From the IMG/VR virus record IMGVR_UViG_3300012942_000019, positions 1-42,286 of that record: 42,286 nt of DNA. One strand, 5' to 3'. Position 1 is the first letter of the stretch. Every line of letters starts with the position of its first letter. The stretch is from a virus. Taxonomy: Duplodnaviria; Caudoviricetes. The position numbers and the translations under genes were made by a program. Below the pieces are notes generated by a model. The model worked only from the letters and a program-made list of their open reading frames with translations. It ran no database searches and was not told where the DNA came from. Of this stretch, positions 1 through 8,719 are shown piece by piece.

Positions 1-123
1 GGTTGAACACGTCTTCTCCGGTGCTGCTGGCGACATCCTCAAAGATGGCCTTGATCTTCGGCATCATTTCCTCGACAAGGTCCTCTCGAATCTCCCACAG
101 GATTGCGTCATGGATCTGCAGCA
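1..123. repeat. Direct terminal repeat, identical to 42164-42286 (circular assembly overlap)
   Basis: GGTTGAACACGTCTTC...TGGATCTGCAGCA is present at both ends. It falls inside the polymerase CDS, whose frame continues across the junction. Confidence 0.95.
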
Positions 124-1747
124 GCATCCGACAGTCTTCCGAGTCGATCTCGTCCTCCAGGCGAAGCATCGTCCGCTCCATGAGGTCAGCGCTGCCTCCC
201 TGAATGACGCTGTTCATCGCTTTGTAGCTTTCGCTCTGATACTGGAAATGCCGCTTCCGGCCACTCCAAAGCTTCACCTCTAGCCGCTTCTCTGCCATAC
301 GCGCGCAGGACTCGGAGAAGGCGACAAATCTGGGGTAAGCCTGTTTGTAGAGCGCTAGCATCTCGTTGGCCCGCTTGGCTGTGACCCCAAAAGCACCCAT
401 GATGCGCTTCGTCCCTGCCCCGTACTGCGTCGAGTAGACGAAGGTCTTCGTCGTCTGCCTGTCGAATCCCAGGGTCTCGCTCATCTCAGTGAAGATGTCA
501 CGACCCTCCTCGAACACCCTCTTCAACGCCGGCTCGTCGGCATAGAGGGTGCCAAGTCGCAGCTCCAGCTGGCTGTAATCGATGTTCACCAACACATAGC
601 CGTCCTCTGGTACGAAGCAGCTTTTCGTGTGAGCCTTCCAGGGCTTGTCGCCCTCCTTCGGTACCTGTTGCAGATTGGGGTCGGACGCCGAGAATCGGCC
701 AGTCTTGGTGACGTCGAGGTTGTAGTTGCATCGCAGCCTGCCATCAGGGCTGACCTTCTCCAGGAAGGGCTTCAGCGACAGTCCAATAGCGGTCTGCCAT
801 CCTCGATATGCAGTGATCTGACTAGCTAGCGGCGAGTCGGTCTTGGAAAGCAGATCGTCATAGGCCGGCATCGTCTCCTTGGTGAAGCTCGGCTCGCCCT
901 TCGGCGTTCTCTTCAGCACTGGAAGATGGAGTCGGTCGATGAGGAGTTCCTTCAGCTGCTTGTTCGACTTCGGGTTCACTCCGATCTGTTCGACAAGGTC
1001 CTCCATCGCAATCTCACCCTCTGCAATGGCGTCGATCACCTTGTCCTGGTCGATACGAATCCCTCGTGCCTCCATCTTCTGCAGAAGCTTCAGCACGCGC
1101 TGCTTGTACCACCACAGCTCGTCGAGTTCTTCGGCGTAGAGCCGATCAATGAGAACCTCACCGACGAGATATGTGCCGACGGCATCCATCGTGGCGTAGC
1201 GCTCCATCTGCCACGGTTCGATCTCTCGGTTACCTGACTTCTTCTGCGCCTCGACGAACTCGTCGTCTGTGATCTTCAGTCGTTTGCCGAGCCATGTCAG
1301 GGTGAGGTTGTCGAGAGTCTTCGGTGCCTTGTATCCACAAATCTTGTCGACTGCGTTCTCGTCGATCATGTTGCTCATTACGGCGCAGTCGTACCAGTAG
1401 GCATCGCGCGCATCGATGCCTACCGTGAGGAGGCTGTGGACATCGAATTTGGCGTTCTGGAAGATGATGCTGTCTGCGGTTTCGACAAGCTCGACGAGGG
1501 TTTCTACGACTTCCGGTCGTGCGTTCTGTCCTACAAAGTGCTGCAGAGGAATGTAGCTGCCGACTACCTGTAGTCCTACGTTGGCTGCTACCGATACGCC
1601 GATGCAGATATCGGTGCCGTCCTTTACACGCAGCCCGGTTGTCTCGGTGTCCAAGGAAAACGGGATCTTGTTCTTCAGAATGTGTCCCATGACGCCGAGT
1701 GCGTCACGTGGGGTTTCACTCCAGGCCGAGAGCGGCGCGGGTGTCAT
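1..1747 (-). CDS. polA: Family A DNA polymerase with 3'-5' exonuclease domain (5' part; continues through the junction to the stop at 42090; about 606 aa)
   Basis: Not in the ORF track; key segments translated by hand. ATG at 1747 follows AAGAGGT. Motifs: ExoI LDTETTGL, KTGRFSASDPNLQQVP, motif A IDYSQLELR, motif B RQTTKTFVYSTQYG, AMNSVIQGGSAD, motif C LQIHDA. Confidence 0.95.
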   Translation of the reverse strand, partial: MTPAPLSAWSETPRDALGVMGHILKNKIPFSLDTETTGLRVKDGTDICIGVSVAANVGLQVVGSYIPLQHFVGQNARPEVVETLVELVETADSIIFQNAKFDVHSLLTVGIDARDAYWYDCAVMSNMIDENAVDKICGYKAPKTLDNLTLTWLGKRLKITDDEFVEAQKKSGNREIEPWQMERYATMDAVGTYLVGEVLIDRLYAEELDELWWYKQRVLKLLQKMEARGIRIDQDKVIDAIAEGEIAMEDLVEQIGVNPKSNKQLKELLIDRLHLPVLKRTPKGEPSFTKETMPAYDDLLSKTDSPLASQITAYRGWQTAIGLSLKPFLEKVSPDGRLRCNYNLDVTKTGRFSASDPNLQQVPKEGDKPWKAHTKSCFVPEDGYVLVNIDYSQLELRLGTLYADEPALKRVFEEGRDIFTEMSETLGFDRQTTKTFVYSTQYGAGTKRIMGAFGVTAKRANEMLALYKQAYPRFVAFSESCARMAEKRLEVKLWSGRKRHFQYQSESYKAMNSVIQGGSADLMERTMLRLEDEIDSEDCRMLLQIHDAILWEIREDLVEEMMPKIKAIFEDVASSTGEDVFN

Positions 1748-3386
1748 TAGGTACCTCTTTCTTGGTCGTCGTGTCCTGGACGAGATTGTCGAGTGTGATC
1801 TTGTCTGTTGGGAAGGTCCATTTGCCGGCCTCGAACCGACCATCGAGTTCACGCTCGATGCCGAAGCGACTGGTGATGAGCAATGAACCATCTGCCTCGA
1901 AGCGCGGTCTTGAGAGCATGAGCACTGTGTCGACTGCGCCTGCGATGCCCTGCGTCCCCGAGACTGATCTGAGGTAGTCCTCATCGTCGGATCGTTTGTT
2001 CTTGTTGGTGTGATGGACGATGACGAGCGCTGAACCTTCCGGCACGACATTTTTCAGCTCTGCTGTGAAGTCGTATTCTGCGCGGTAAATGGAGCCCTCT
2101 AGTTCAGCGGGCATTGCTCTTCCTAGGGTGTCCAGGATTACGAGGCTGGGTTTGTCCGCTGCACCGAGGTAGAACGCTTTCAGTATTTCCAGTACGTCGT
2201 CTTTTGCGGCGAGCTTCGTGATGAACTGAACGTTCTTCGACGCTCGGGCACCAATCATTCTGAGCCTGCCAGCCAACGATGCCTCATGATCCTCTAGCGC
2301 TAGGTAGAGGGTGCGCCACTTCGTCTTCGATGTGTGTGCCCCGAGCATTGGTTCGCCGAGTGCCGCGTGTACCGCGAGGTCGAGCATCATCCAGGATTTG
2401 CCGATCTTCGGGTTCGCCACCAACAGCGTCGTGCCTTCAGGGATGATCCCTGGCACTACCCACTGAGGCTCAGGGAACTGCTTGCTCAGCAGATCATCTA
2501 GCGAGATTGCTCCTGGAAGTGCTACACCCTCGTCTCCGAGAGAGAGGATGCCACTGAGATCGACCTCTGCGTCTTCGACGCCGAACTTTCGGATAGCGCC
2601 GATGATGGCTTTGTCGAGTTCGTCTTCGGGATCGCCACTAAGGTGCTCAGCCGCCATCCATAGCTTGCCGAGTTCGACGAGTGCTGTGCTTGCTCCCTGA
2701 AGCCCTTTAGCGCCATAGCCGACTAGGGTTCTGGTTGCTCTGAGAAGTTCTTCGTGGCCAGTGAAGGGAACAGGCAACCTATCCAGAATTGCCTGACACG
2801 GCGCTCCGATCTTGCCTCCATGCTGCGTCAGCCATTCGCGCACATTGATGTCAGTGCCGGTGACGTTGGCCTGCACACTGGCTGGCGCACCCGCGTAATA
2901 ACCGGGAAGCTGGTCAGTGATGGAAGAAACCGGAGGCAGCCGGTATGGCACTACGACATAGCCGCCAGTGCTTTTACGGTCGATACCGTCGTAGATGCCG
3001 TTGTTGCTCGGCGCGGTTCCTTTGAACCAGAGATGCTTGCCATAGCCGCTGAAGCTCGTTCCGGTGACAGAAGCCTCGGTGGCAAAGCCAGCAAGCATTG
3101 CCGTATCGAATCCGCTTGGTCGATCCTGGTGCACATCGAGATCGACTACGGCGCAGCCGACGCGGCCGGGCGGCACTGCCGGAATCGCTGTTGGCCAGCG
3201 CGTCCACCACCGTTCGATCACGTCGGGGTTGCGGGTAGCTCGCTGCTCCCAGCGATCAACATACGGTGACTTCTCTGGGTGCTCATCATCCTCAAAGACA
3301 GAGCGCGCGGGAAAGATCGGGTAGCCCGCCTCGATCAGGTCAAAGGCGAGATCCACATAGTCTGTGGCTGCTTGCTGGTCGGTCAT
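1716..3386 (-). CDS. Bifunctional primase-polymerase (prim-pol) fused to a RecA-like/AAA_25 helicase
   Basis: N-terminus has GYPIFP, AT..P..I.RWW, VVDLDVH, GKHLWF and GIDRKSTGGYVVVP. C-terminus has Walker A ANPKIGKS, LYLALED, Walker B VILDT, LVIVHHTNK and SGTQGIAGAVD. Confidence 0.9.
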   Translation of the reverse strand: MTDQQAATDYVDLAFDLIEAGYPIFPARSVFEDDEHPEKSPYVDRWEQRATRNPDVIERWWTRWPTAIPAVPPGRVGCAVVDLDVHQDRPSGFDTAMLAGFATEASVTGTSFSGYGKHLWFKGTAPSNNGIYDGIDRKSTGGYVVVPYRLPPVSSITDQLPGYYAGAPASVQANVTGTDINVREWLTQHGGKIGAPCQAILDRLPVPFTGHEELLRATRTLVGYGAKGLQGASTALVELGKLWMAAEHLSGDPEDELDKAIIGAIRKFGVEDAEVDLSGILSLGDEGVALPGAISLDDLLSKQFPEPQWVVPGIIPEGTTLLVANPKIGKSWMMLDLAVHAALGEPMLGAHTSKTKWRTLYLALEDHEASLAGRLRMIGARASKNVQFITKLAAKDDVLEILKAFYLGAADKPSLVILDTLGRAMPAELEGSIYRAEYDFTAELKNVVPEGSALVIVHHTNKNKRSDDEDYLRSVSGTQGIAGAVDTVLMLSRPRFEADGSLLITSRFGIERELDGRFEAGKWTFPTDKITLDNLVQDTTTKKEVPNDTRAALGLE

Positions 3387-3444
3387 GGGATGAGCCGAGA
3401 GGTGTGCGGGTACGGGGTCATCGGGTGTCCAATCCGAGAGTGGG

Positions 3445-3486
3445 CAGAGCCCCGGTCGCCGACTTCGTAAAACGACCGGGGCTCTG
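3445..3486 (-). terminator. Stem-loop downstream of the SSB-like gene
   Basis: 14-bp perfect inverted repeat CAGAGCCCCGGTCG / CGACCGGGGCTCTG just after the stop at 3496. No clear U tract. Confidence 0.6.
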
Positions 3487-3495
3487 GCTAGGGTA

Positions 3496-4242
3496 CTACT
3501 TCTTGGCGAATGGGTTCGGTCGACCGGTCGCCTGCTGCTGCTTCAGCGCTGCGCGCTTAGCTGCGATGCGCTCCTGAAGCGACATCTCCTTCGGTGCTTC
3601 GTCGTCGGCGAGCGCCATCGGCGCGTCGTCCTCCTCGCCGTCGATCTGCGCTACCGCCTCGTCCAGCTCGGCGTCGTAATCGCCCTCGGGGTTGTCGTCG
3701 AGGTCAACCGCCTCTTCGACCGGCTCAGCCTTCGGTGCAGGCTTGGTTGCCCGGGGCCGGCGCGTCGCCGTCTTCGGCTTCTCCTCGGCTGCCTTCGGGG
3801 CTGCCTTGGGCCCTGGTGCCGACGACTCTCCGACCTTGATGTTGCGAAGGTTCTGATAGGTGTTTCCGTTCCGGCCCTTCGTGTTGACGACCTGGAGGAC
3901 GCCGGAGATGCCTACGATGTCATCCTCGTCCGGACTCGACGCCTGCGCCTCCGAGAGCCCGAGAGAGAGCAGCAGTCCCTTGAAGATCGACAGAGTGGTC
4001 CGTTCGTTGTCGGTCGGTGCGCTGGGGTCGGCAGGCAGCCGCGTCCAGTTGTTGTAGGTGCGGTCGCGCTCTCCGTCGTTCAGGATGAACTTCGTGATGA
4101 TGTTCTTCGCGTCCGGGTCCTTGTTCGTGCCGACGCGAAGCTCCAGTCCCGCCACGATGAACTCGTACGTCCCCTCGGGAATCTCGAATCCGGTGTTCGC
4201 CTCGATGTCGCCGAGGTCGGCGTAGTCATCCAGAATGCCCAT
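3496..4242 (-). CDS. Probable ssDNA-binding protein (DUF669-like OB fold) with a low-complexity acidic tail
   Basis: F.IPEGTYEFIV and NGNTYQNLRNI motifs, a P/A/K-rich then acidic tail ending NPFAKK, and position next to the AAA ATPase and exonuclease. Confidence 0.65.
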   Translation of the reverse strand: MGILDDYADLGDIEANTGFEIPEGTYEFIVAGLELRVGTNKDPDAKNIITKFILNDGERDRTYNNWTRLPADPSAPTDNERTTLSIFKGLLLSLGLSEAQASSPDEDDIVGISGVLQVVNTKGRNGNTYQNLRNIKVGESSAPGPKAAPKAAEEKPKTATRRPRATKPAPKAEPVEEAVDLDDNPEGDYDAELDEAVAQIDGEEDDAPMALADDEAPKEMSLQERIAAKRAALKQQQATGRPNPFAKK

Positions 4243-4305
4243 GTTCTCTATCTCTCTGTGTGTTGTTTCGGTTTGGGGTCAGCGAACCCGGCTGACCAGC
4301 GGGAG

Positions 4306-4470
4306 CTATTCGGCTGTCTTCTGAAGCAGCCATGTCAGCTGCTCTTGCGTAAGCCTCACTCGCGCATCACGTCGGGGCGCCCTCACGAGCTTCTCCTGAA
4401 GCTCACGAGCAATCCGCCGGTCGCGGTGGCTCTGAATCCACGCCTCGACGCGCTGCTCTTCCTCAGTCAT
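4306..4470 (-). CDS. Small hypothetical protein (MTEEEQRVEAW...)
   Basis: ATG at 4470 overlaps the end of the ATPase gene (8-nt overlap) and fills the operon gap. Confidence 0.55.
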   Translation of the reverse strand: MTEEEQRVEAWIQSHRDRRIARELQEKLVRAPRRDARVRLTQEQLTWLLQKTAE

Positions 4471-5269
4471 CAGGGTCCTCCGGTCCATACACTTCGTCGA
4501 GGATCGCATTCAGCCAGTCTTCGTCGCTCATGCGCGGCTGGATCGTCTTGAACTGGCATTTGGCGTTGACGGTGGTCGTCGGCCACGACTGGAGCTCGCG
4601 GGTGTAGCTTGCCGAGCCGAGCTTCGATCCGACCTTGTTGGTCATTCGGGCACTTACGTTCACTGGCGCCAGCAGTTCGACGAGTGCACCGGGCCAAAGC
4701 AGCGGTGTGAACGTCGTCTGCTTCCTCGTCTCATCACCGTTCGCCTGGTCGATGCGCTGCTTCTCGTGACAGACGAGGATCACATTGAGGCTGTCGGTCT
4801 GGACGAGTGCGTCCAGCCAGCTCCGCAGCATTGCGGCTGCGGGTCCGTAGTCACGCCCTTCGATCTCGCCGAGCTGCTGCTCCGGTGCGATGCCGTTCTT
4901 CTCACGGACGTATGCCTCCAGATCGCGGTATGCGATTGCATTCACTTCGTCGACGATGACGCTCGTGAAGTCCTCGAATCCACGCTGTCTGGTGCGGAGT
5001 GCGTGCGCTACGACTGCCATGTCCCCCGGATTGCCGACGGGGATTCGGACTACGTTCTCCGCGAACTCCTCGTCCTGCAGCACACGAACCCCTTCGCGGG
5101 CGTCGCAGTAGAGGACCGGCGTCCCGCCGCTCAGGGCGTCTGCGAGCTTCGCTGCGAGCGTCGTCTTGCCGACACCGTTGGTGCCGAAGATGTTGATGAC
5201 GGGTTCGCTGTTAACTACTGCTTCATTTGCGCTAGAGAGTTGCGCACGAAGGTCGTCCAGTCTGGTCAT
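4463..5269 (-). CDS. AAA-family ATPase (AAA_24/Sak4-like recombination protein)
   Basis: Walker A GTNGVGKTT, Walker B SVIVDE and NVILVCHEK. Lies between the Cas4-like nuclease and the SSB-like gene. Confidence 0.8.
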   Translation of the reverse strand: MTRLDDLRAQLSSANEAVVNSEPVINIFGTNGVGKTTLAAKLADALSGGTPVLYCDAREGVRVLQDEEFAENVVRIPVGNPGDMAVVAHALRTRQRGFEDFTSVIVDEVNAIAYRDLEAYVREKNGIAPEQQLGEIEGRDYGPAAAMLRSWLDALVQTDSLNVILVCHEKQRIDQANGDETRKQTTFTPLLWPGALVELLAPVNVSARMTNKVGSKLGSASYTRELQSWPTTTVNAKCQFKTIQPRMSDEDWLNAILDEVYGPEDPDD

Positions 5270-5272
5270 GGT

Positions 5273-6175
5273 TCAGTCCTTGTTGTTGGTGATGTCGTAT
5301 CGTTCGGTTCGCGTGGTGAAATACGTCTTCTCAATCAGCTTGGCTTCTCGGTCGTTGCCGGCCAATTCCGCTTCGCAGAGCATCCTAAACGAGCACGACT
5401 TGCACGCGTGTTCGTTGGCTGTGCGCCACATTACGCTGTCTAGGCTAGCAGCGTCAACCTGCTTGTACTCGGCCAGTTGATAAGCCACATCGAGCTGTTG
5501 CATGAACGTGGTCTCCACACGCTGAGCGCTCGGCTTCACCTCAAGTGTCTGCAACCGGTCGGGCGCTCGATGGGACTTCGCCATCGGCCGCGTCCGCACC
5601 ATGTTGTAGAGGCCGTACGCCACCTCGAATCCCATCAGCCGAAGCGCTCCGATGTACTTCGGAATCTGCGGCTGCAGCCCTGTGGCGATTCGTGTGTAGA
5701 AGTCGAAGAGGAATTTGTGGTCGACGAGGACGATGTTTCCCTGTCGGTCGTAGGCGAGCAGATCGACTGTGAAGGGGTACACCAGATCGTCGTCCACATC
5801 GAAATAGAACTTCTGCTCGGTCGCGAGAACCTGCCAGCCGTAGTTGACCAGCGGCTCATGAGGGAAATACCAATCGAACAGGATCTCCTCTAGCGCCATG
5901 TGGGCGTCGTCGTCTGCTCGCGGGTCGTACACTTCCTCGAACTTAGTTCTGGCTTGGTCGACGGCATAGTCATGAGCCTGCTTCTGTTCGGTTGGGCTGT
6001 CGCCTTCCTTGAGGACTACCTTGAGATACTCCTCGATCACAGCATGACCGATAGTTCCTCGAAGCAGCGCTCGACTGTCGTCTACCTTGCTGAGGTTACG
6101 CATGTCCTCATACCACCAGCGGCGCCGGCACTGGAGATAGTTTTCAGCTTCGCTGTGGCTAATTAGGACGCTCAT
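5273..6175 (-). CDS. Cas4/RecB-like PD-(D/E)xK exonuclease
   Basis: SHS...Y.QCRRRWW, GTIGH, VDLL...LVDHK, Q...Y and C-terminal C..C.F...C (Fe-S cluster pattern). Confidence 0.85.
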   Translation of the reverse strand: MSVLISHSEAENYLQCRRRWWYEDMRNLSKVDDSRALLRGTIGHAVIEEYLKVVLKEGDSPTEQKQAHDYAVDQARTKFEEVYDPRADDDAHMALEEILFDWYFPHEPLVNYGWQVLATEQKFYFDVDDDLVYPFTVDLLAYDRQGNIVLVDHKFLFDFYTRIATGLQPQIPKYIGALRLMGFEVAYGLYNMVRTRPMAKSHRAPDRLQTLEVKPSAQRVETTFMQQLDVAYQLAEYKQVDAASLDSVMWRTANEHACKSCSFRMLCEAELAGNDREAKLIEKTYFTTRTERYDITNNKD

Positions 6176-6888
6176 CGTTCTCCCTCTGAATCGTGTGATT
6201 GGGAGGACGCAAGCTCGTTGATGAGCTGACGTCCGACGTGGATCGTGTACTGCGGCGGAATCGCCTCACGCAGGCCGTCGCGGTTTGCCCACGGCATCTC
6301 CATGACGTCTCGCGCTCGCGCGACACCCGAGAAGTTGCCGACGATGTGCATATACTCGTCCTCGCGCGTAGGACGGCCCATCTTGGTTGTCTTGTGCCTG
6401 TGCGCGGGATGCTCCGGGACGGACAGGCCCCAGTTCGTCTCGAACAGCCGGTGCCGGTACGTCCACAGGTCGAACATCTCGCCGCACAGCTCGACCGGAT
6501 CAACGAGCGGCGCGCCGGGGACGTTCTCGATGACGTAGGGCAGGCGGGTCTCGATCAGCAGCTCGCGCGTCGGGTCGATCAGCTCCGGGTGCGTGTTTCC
6601 CTGGATCTTCTGCGCCAGCGTGTGTGCCTGACACGGCGGAGAGGCGTGGATGGCATCGAAGTCCTCAAGCAGCCCGAACGCGGTCATGCCATTGGGTCTC
6701 GTGAATTCCAGCCACGAACCGCCCAGAAGGCGGTGCAGCGCCTCCAGCGCATCCATCTGCAGGAACGGGAACGGGTAGCGGGGCTGTAGATCGATGTCCA
6801 CCCCGTACACGTCGAACCCGGCACGGTTGTACCCCATCGACGCGCCGCCCTGGCAGCAGTACAGATCGAGCAGTTTCGGGCGGCTCAT
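6172..6888 (-). CDS. C5 cytosine DNA methyltransferase (short phage type)
   Basis: Motif I LLDLYCCQGGASMG, motif IV HASPPCQ, motif VI YVIENV, RHRLFE and EAIPP.Y. The start at 6888 forms an ATGA overlap with the upstream gene. Confidence 0.88.
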   Translation of the reverse strand: MSRPKLLDLYCCQGGASMGYNRAGFDVYGVDIDLQPRYPFPFLQMDALEALHRLLGGSWLEFTRPNGMTAFGLLEDFDAIHASPPCQAHTLAQKIQGNTHPELIDPTRELLIETRLPYVIENVPGAPLVDPVELCGEMFDLWTYRHRLFETNWGLSVPEHPAHRHKTTKMGRPTREDEYMHIVGNFSGVARARDVMEMPWANRDGLREAIPPQYTIHVGRQLINELASSQSHDSEGER

Positions 6889-7349
6889 CGTCCTGCCTCC
6901 GAACCGTGTGATCTGCGGTCCTCGGTACGCTCGGAAAGCCCATGACGCTTCCGCATAGTGCTCGCGACCCACGCCCTGCTCTGCGTGCCGTGGCCGAAGT
7001 ACAGCGACTCGAACTCATCTATAACCTCAGCCGCCACCTGCGCCTTCACCTCGGCCAAGACCGAAGACGGGTCATCATCGAAGATGTTGAGCATGTTCTT
7101 AGCGACGATGTACGCACCCGCGTCGACCGCCCGCGCTGCCTCGGTTTTCGCGGGGAAGTCACGTGGATAGTCAATCGTCTTCCGGGCATACTCGCGCACC
7201 TTGTCGAGCTTCGCGGCGAGAGCGTCACACTCAGCTTCGGCCTTCTCGGCACGAGCGATCAGCTCTCGAATTGCCTCAGCGGCATCGGACCTATAGCCGG
7301 AAGTCCAGATGTTTTCGAGGGACGCGATCAGCTTTGCGTAGTCGGTCAC
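6885..7349 (-). CDS. Hypothetical protein (coiled coil)
   Basis: 4-nt overlaps at both ends and a helical Ala/Glu-rich sequence. Confidence 0.7.
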   Translation of the reverse strand: MTDYAKLIASLENIWTSGYRSDAAEAIRELIARAEKAEAECDALAAKLDKVREYARKTIDYPRDFPAKTEAARAVDAGAYIVAKNMLNIFDDDPSSVLAEVKAQVAAEVIDEFESLYFGHGTQSRAWVASTMRKRHGLSERTEDRRSHGSEAGR

Positions 7350-7714
7350 TTGCCCATTCCCTCGATGAAGTCGGCCACGGCGTAGGCGACGGAATCCGCG
7401 TCAACCGCGCCCGTCGTCAGCTCGGGAGGCGCGGTGAACGATTCACGCACCTTGCGTGCGATCTGCGCCGCAGTCATGGCGGCATTTGTTGCGGCCTGCA
7501 CGCGAGCCTCCGCCTCAGCGCGCACCTCGGCGTCGTGAGCAGCCAGCCAGTCATCCACAACGGCGCTGACGGCCTTGCTGATCAGCGGCCCAAGATCACG
7601 ACCCAGGATGTGCGGCTGAACTGCACGTGGGTAATTCGCGGCGTTGACCAGCACCGCCCCCAGCTTCGACCTCAGAGCATCCTCCTCGGTGCTCGGCGTG
7701 TACGGCTCAGACAT
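7346..7714 (-). CDS. Hypothetical protein (MSEPYTPSTEED...)
   Basis: ATG at 7714 follows GGAGGT; tightly packed in the operon. Confidence 0.7.
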   Translation of the reverse strand: MSEPYTPSTEEDALRSKLGAVLVNAANYPRAVQPHILGRDLGPLISKAVSAVVDDWLAAHDAEVRAEAEARVQAATNAAMTAAQIARKVRESFTAPPELTTGAVDADSVAYAVADFIEGMGK

Positions 7715-8021
7715 GGTGCACCTCCTCGGCGAGGCTGTCGATGACGGACAGGGCGACCTCGAACCCCTGCATGTACACGGACATGCCCGGATCCTCGTTG
7801 CCGTCCGGTCGAAGCTCCGCACCATACGGCGGAGCAGCAGCGAGGACGGCTGCTCGAACCTCTTTGAGCGTCTGCGCCCGGACGTAGGCGGCGATGACCG
7901 GGGCAGCCGTCCTGATGTCGAACGCTGCGGTCACCTCAGCGCCAGCACGCACGGCCTGATCCGTGAAGCCGATGCTTCTCACCGCTTCTTCGATGACTTC
8001 GGGCGGCAGATCAACGGACAT
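7707..8021 (-). CDS. Hypothetical protein
   Basis: SD AAGGAG and short overlaps with both neighbours. Confidence 0.7.
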   Translation of the reverse strand: MSVDLPPEVIEEAVRSIGFTDQAVRAGAEVTAAFDIRTAAPVIAAYVRAQTLKEVRAAVLAAAPPYGAELRPDGNEDPGMSVYMQGFEVALSVIDSLAEEVHHV

Positions 8022-8208
8022 CAGGAGACTCCTTCACGAACTCGTACTTGCGGAGGAAGTTGGGGTACTCGATCCAACAGACGCGAGTGGATCGGAATGT
8101 CATGTACTGGAGACCGAATCTCTGCGTAGGTATTGTCTCGACAGTCACTTCCTTGCCGTCGCTCCTGCGTCGCCACACCTGACCGACACGGACCTGCGGA
8201 TCAGACAT
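8011..8208 (-). CDS. Small hypothetical beta-rich protein (MSDPQVRVGQVWRRRSDG...)
   Basis: ATG at 8208 follows GAGGA. The VRVGQVW pattern is typical of small SH3-like phage proteins. Confidence 0.65.
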   Translation of the reverse strand: MSDPQVRVGQVWRRRSDGKEVTVETIPTQRFGLQYMTFRSTRVCWIEYPNFLRKYEFVKESPDVR

Positions 8209-8719
8209 CAGATGCTTCCTCGTGCTTGCTGTACGGGTTGGCGTCGACCCACCTGTGGGGCATCTCGGCAGGTTTCGTGTCCCGCGCCCAGCACCTGCCC
8301 CCTTCCCACGCTTCCTCCCGGTTCTTCCGGTCACGCTCGGCGAGCGCCTCATCGGGGGCGGAGGCGATGATGCCGAGAACCTCCTCCGGCCCGAACCATG
8401 GGCCGGCATCCCCATCCGCCGCTTCCGCAAGCATGTGCACCCGCTCGATCACCGCGGCCAGGGCGTCGCGGTCGGCTCGAACGAACTCGTAGTCCTGCGT
8501 TAGCGCGTTCAGCCAGTCCTCGTCCACCGGGACCGTGTCCGGTGATAGGTACAGGGCGCGCTCCTTGCGGAGACAGTTGAGAGCATCAACGGCGCCATCG
8601 ATGATCCGAACGGCATCTGCTTCGGTGAAGTGATCATCCGGCGTCGCCGGGTCGACCAGGGCGCGCAGCTCCTTCGTGAGTGCTTCGTAGTCGGGGCGCA
8701 TCTTGTTGTAGTCAGTCAT
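8201..8719 (-). CDS. Hypothetical protein with a C-terminal AWEGG...NPY motif
   Basis: ATGA overlap with the upstream gene and operon packing. Confidence 0.7.
   Translation of the reverse strand: MTDYNKMRPDYEALTKELRALVDPATPDDHFTEADAVRIIDGAVDALNCLRKERALYLSPDTVPVDEDWLNALTQDYEFVRADRDALAAVIERVHMLAEAADGDAGPWFGPEEVLGIIASAPDEALAERDRKNREEAWEGGRCWARDTKPAEMPHRWVDANPYSKHEEASDV

Noticed and set aside
5273-6175. Cas4-like gene as a sign of a CRISPR system
   Set aside because: No repeat-spacer array or other cas gene was seen. Solo Cas4-like nucleases next to AAA/SSB genes are ordinary phage recombination modules.
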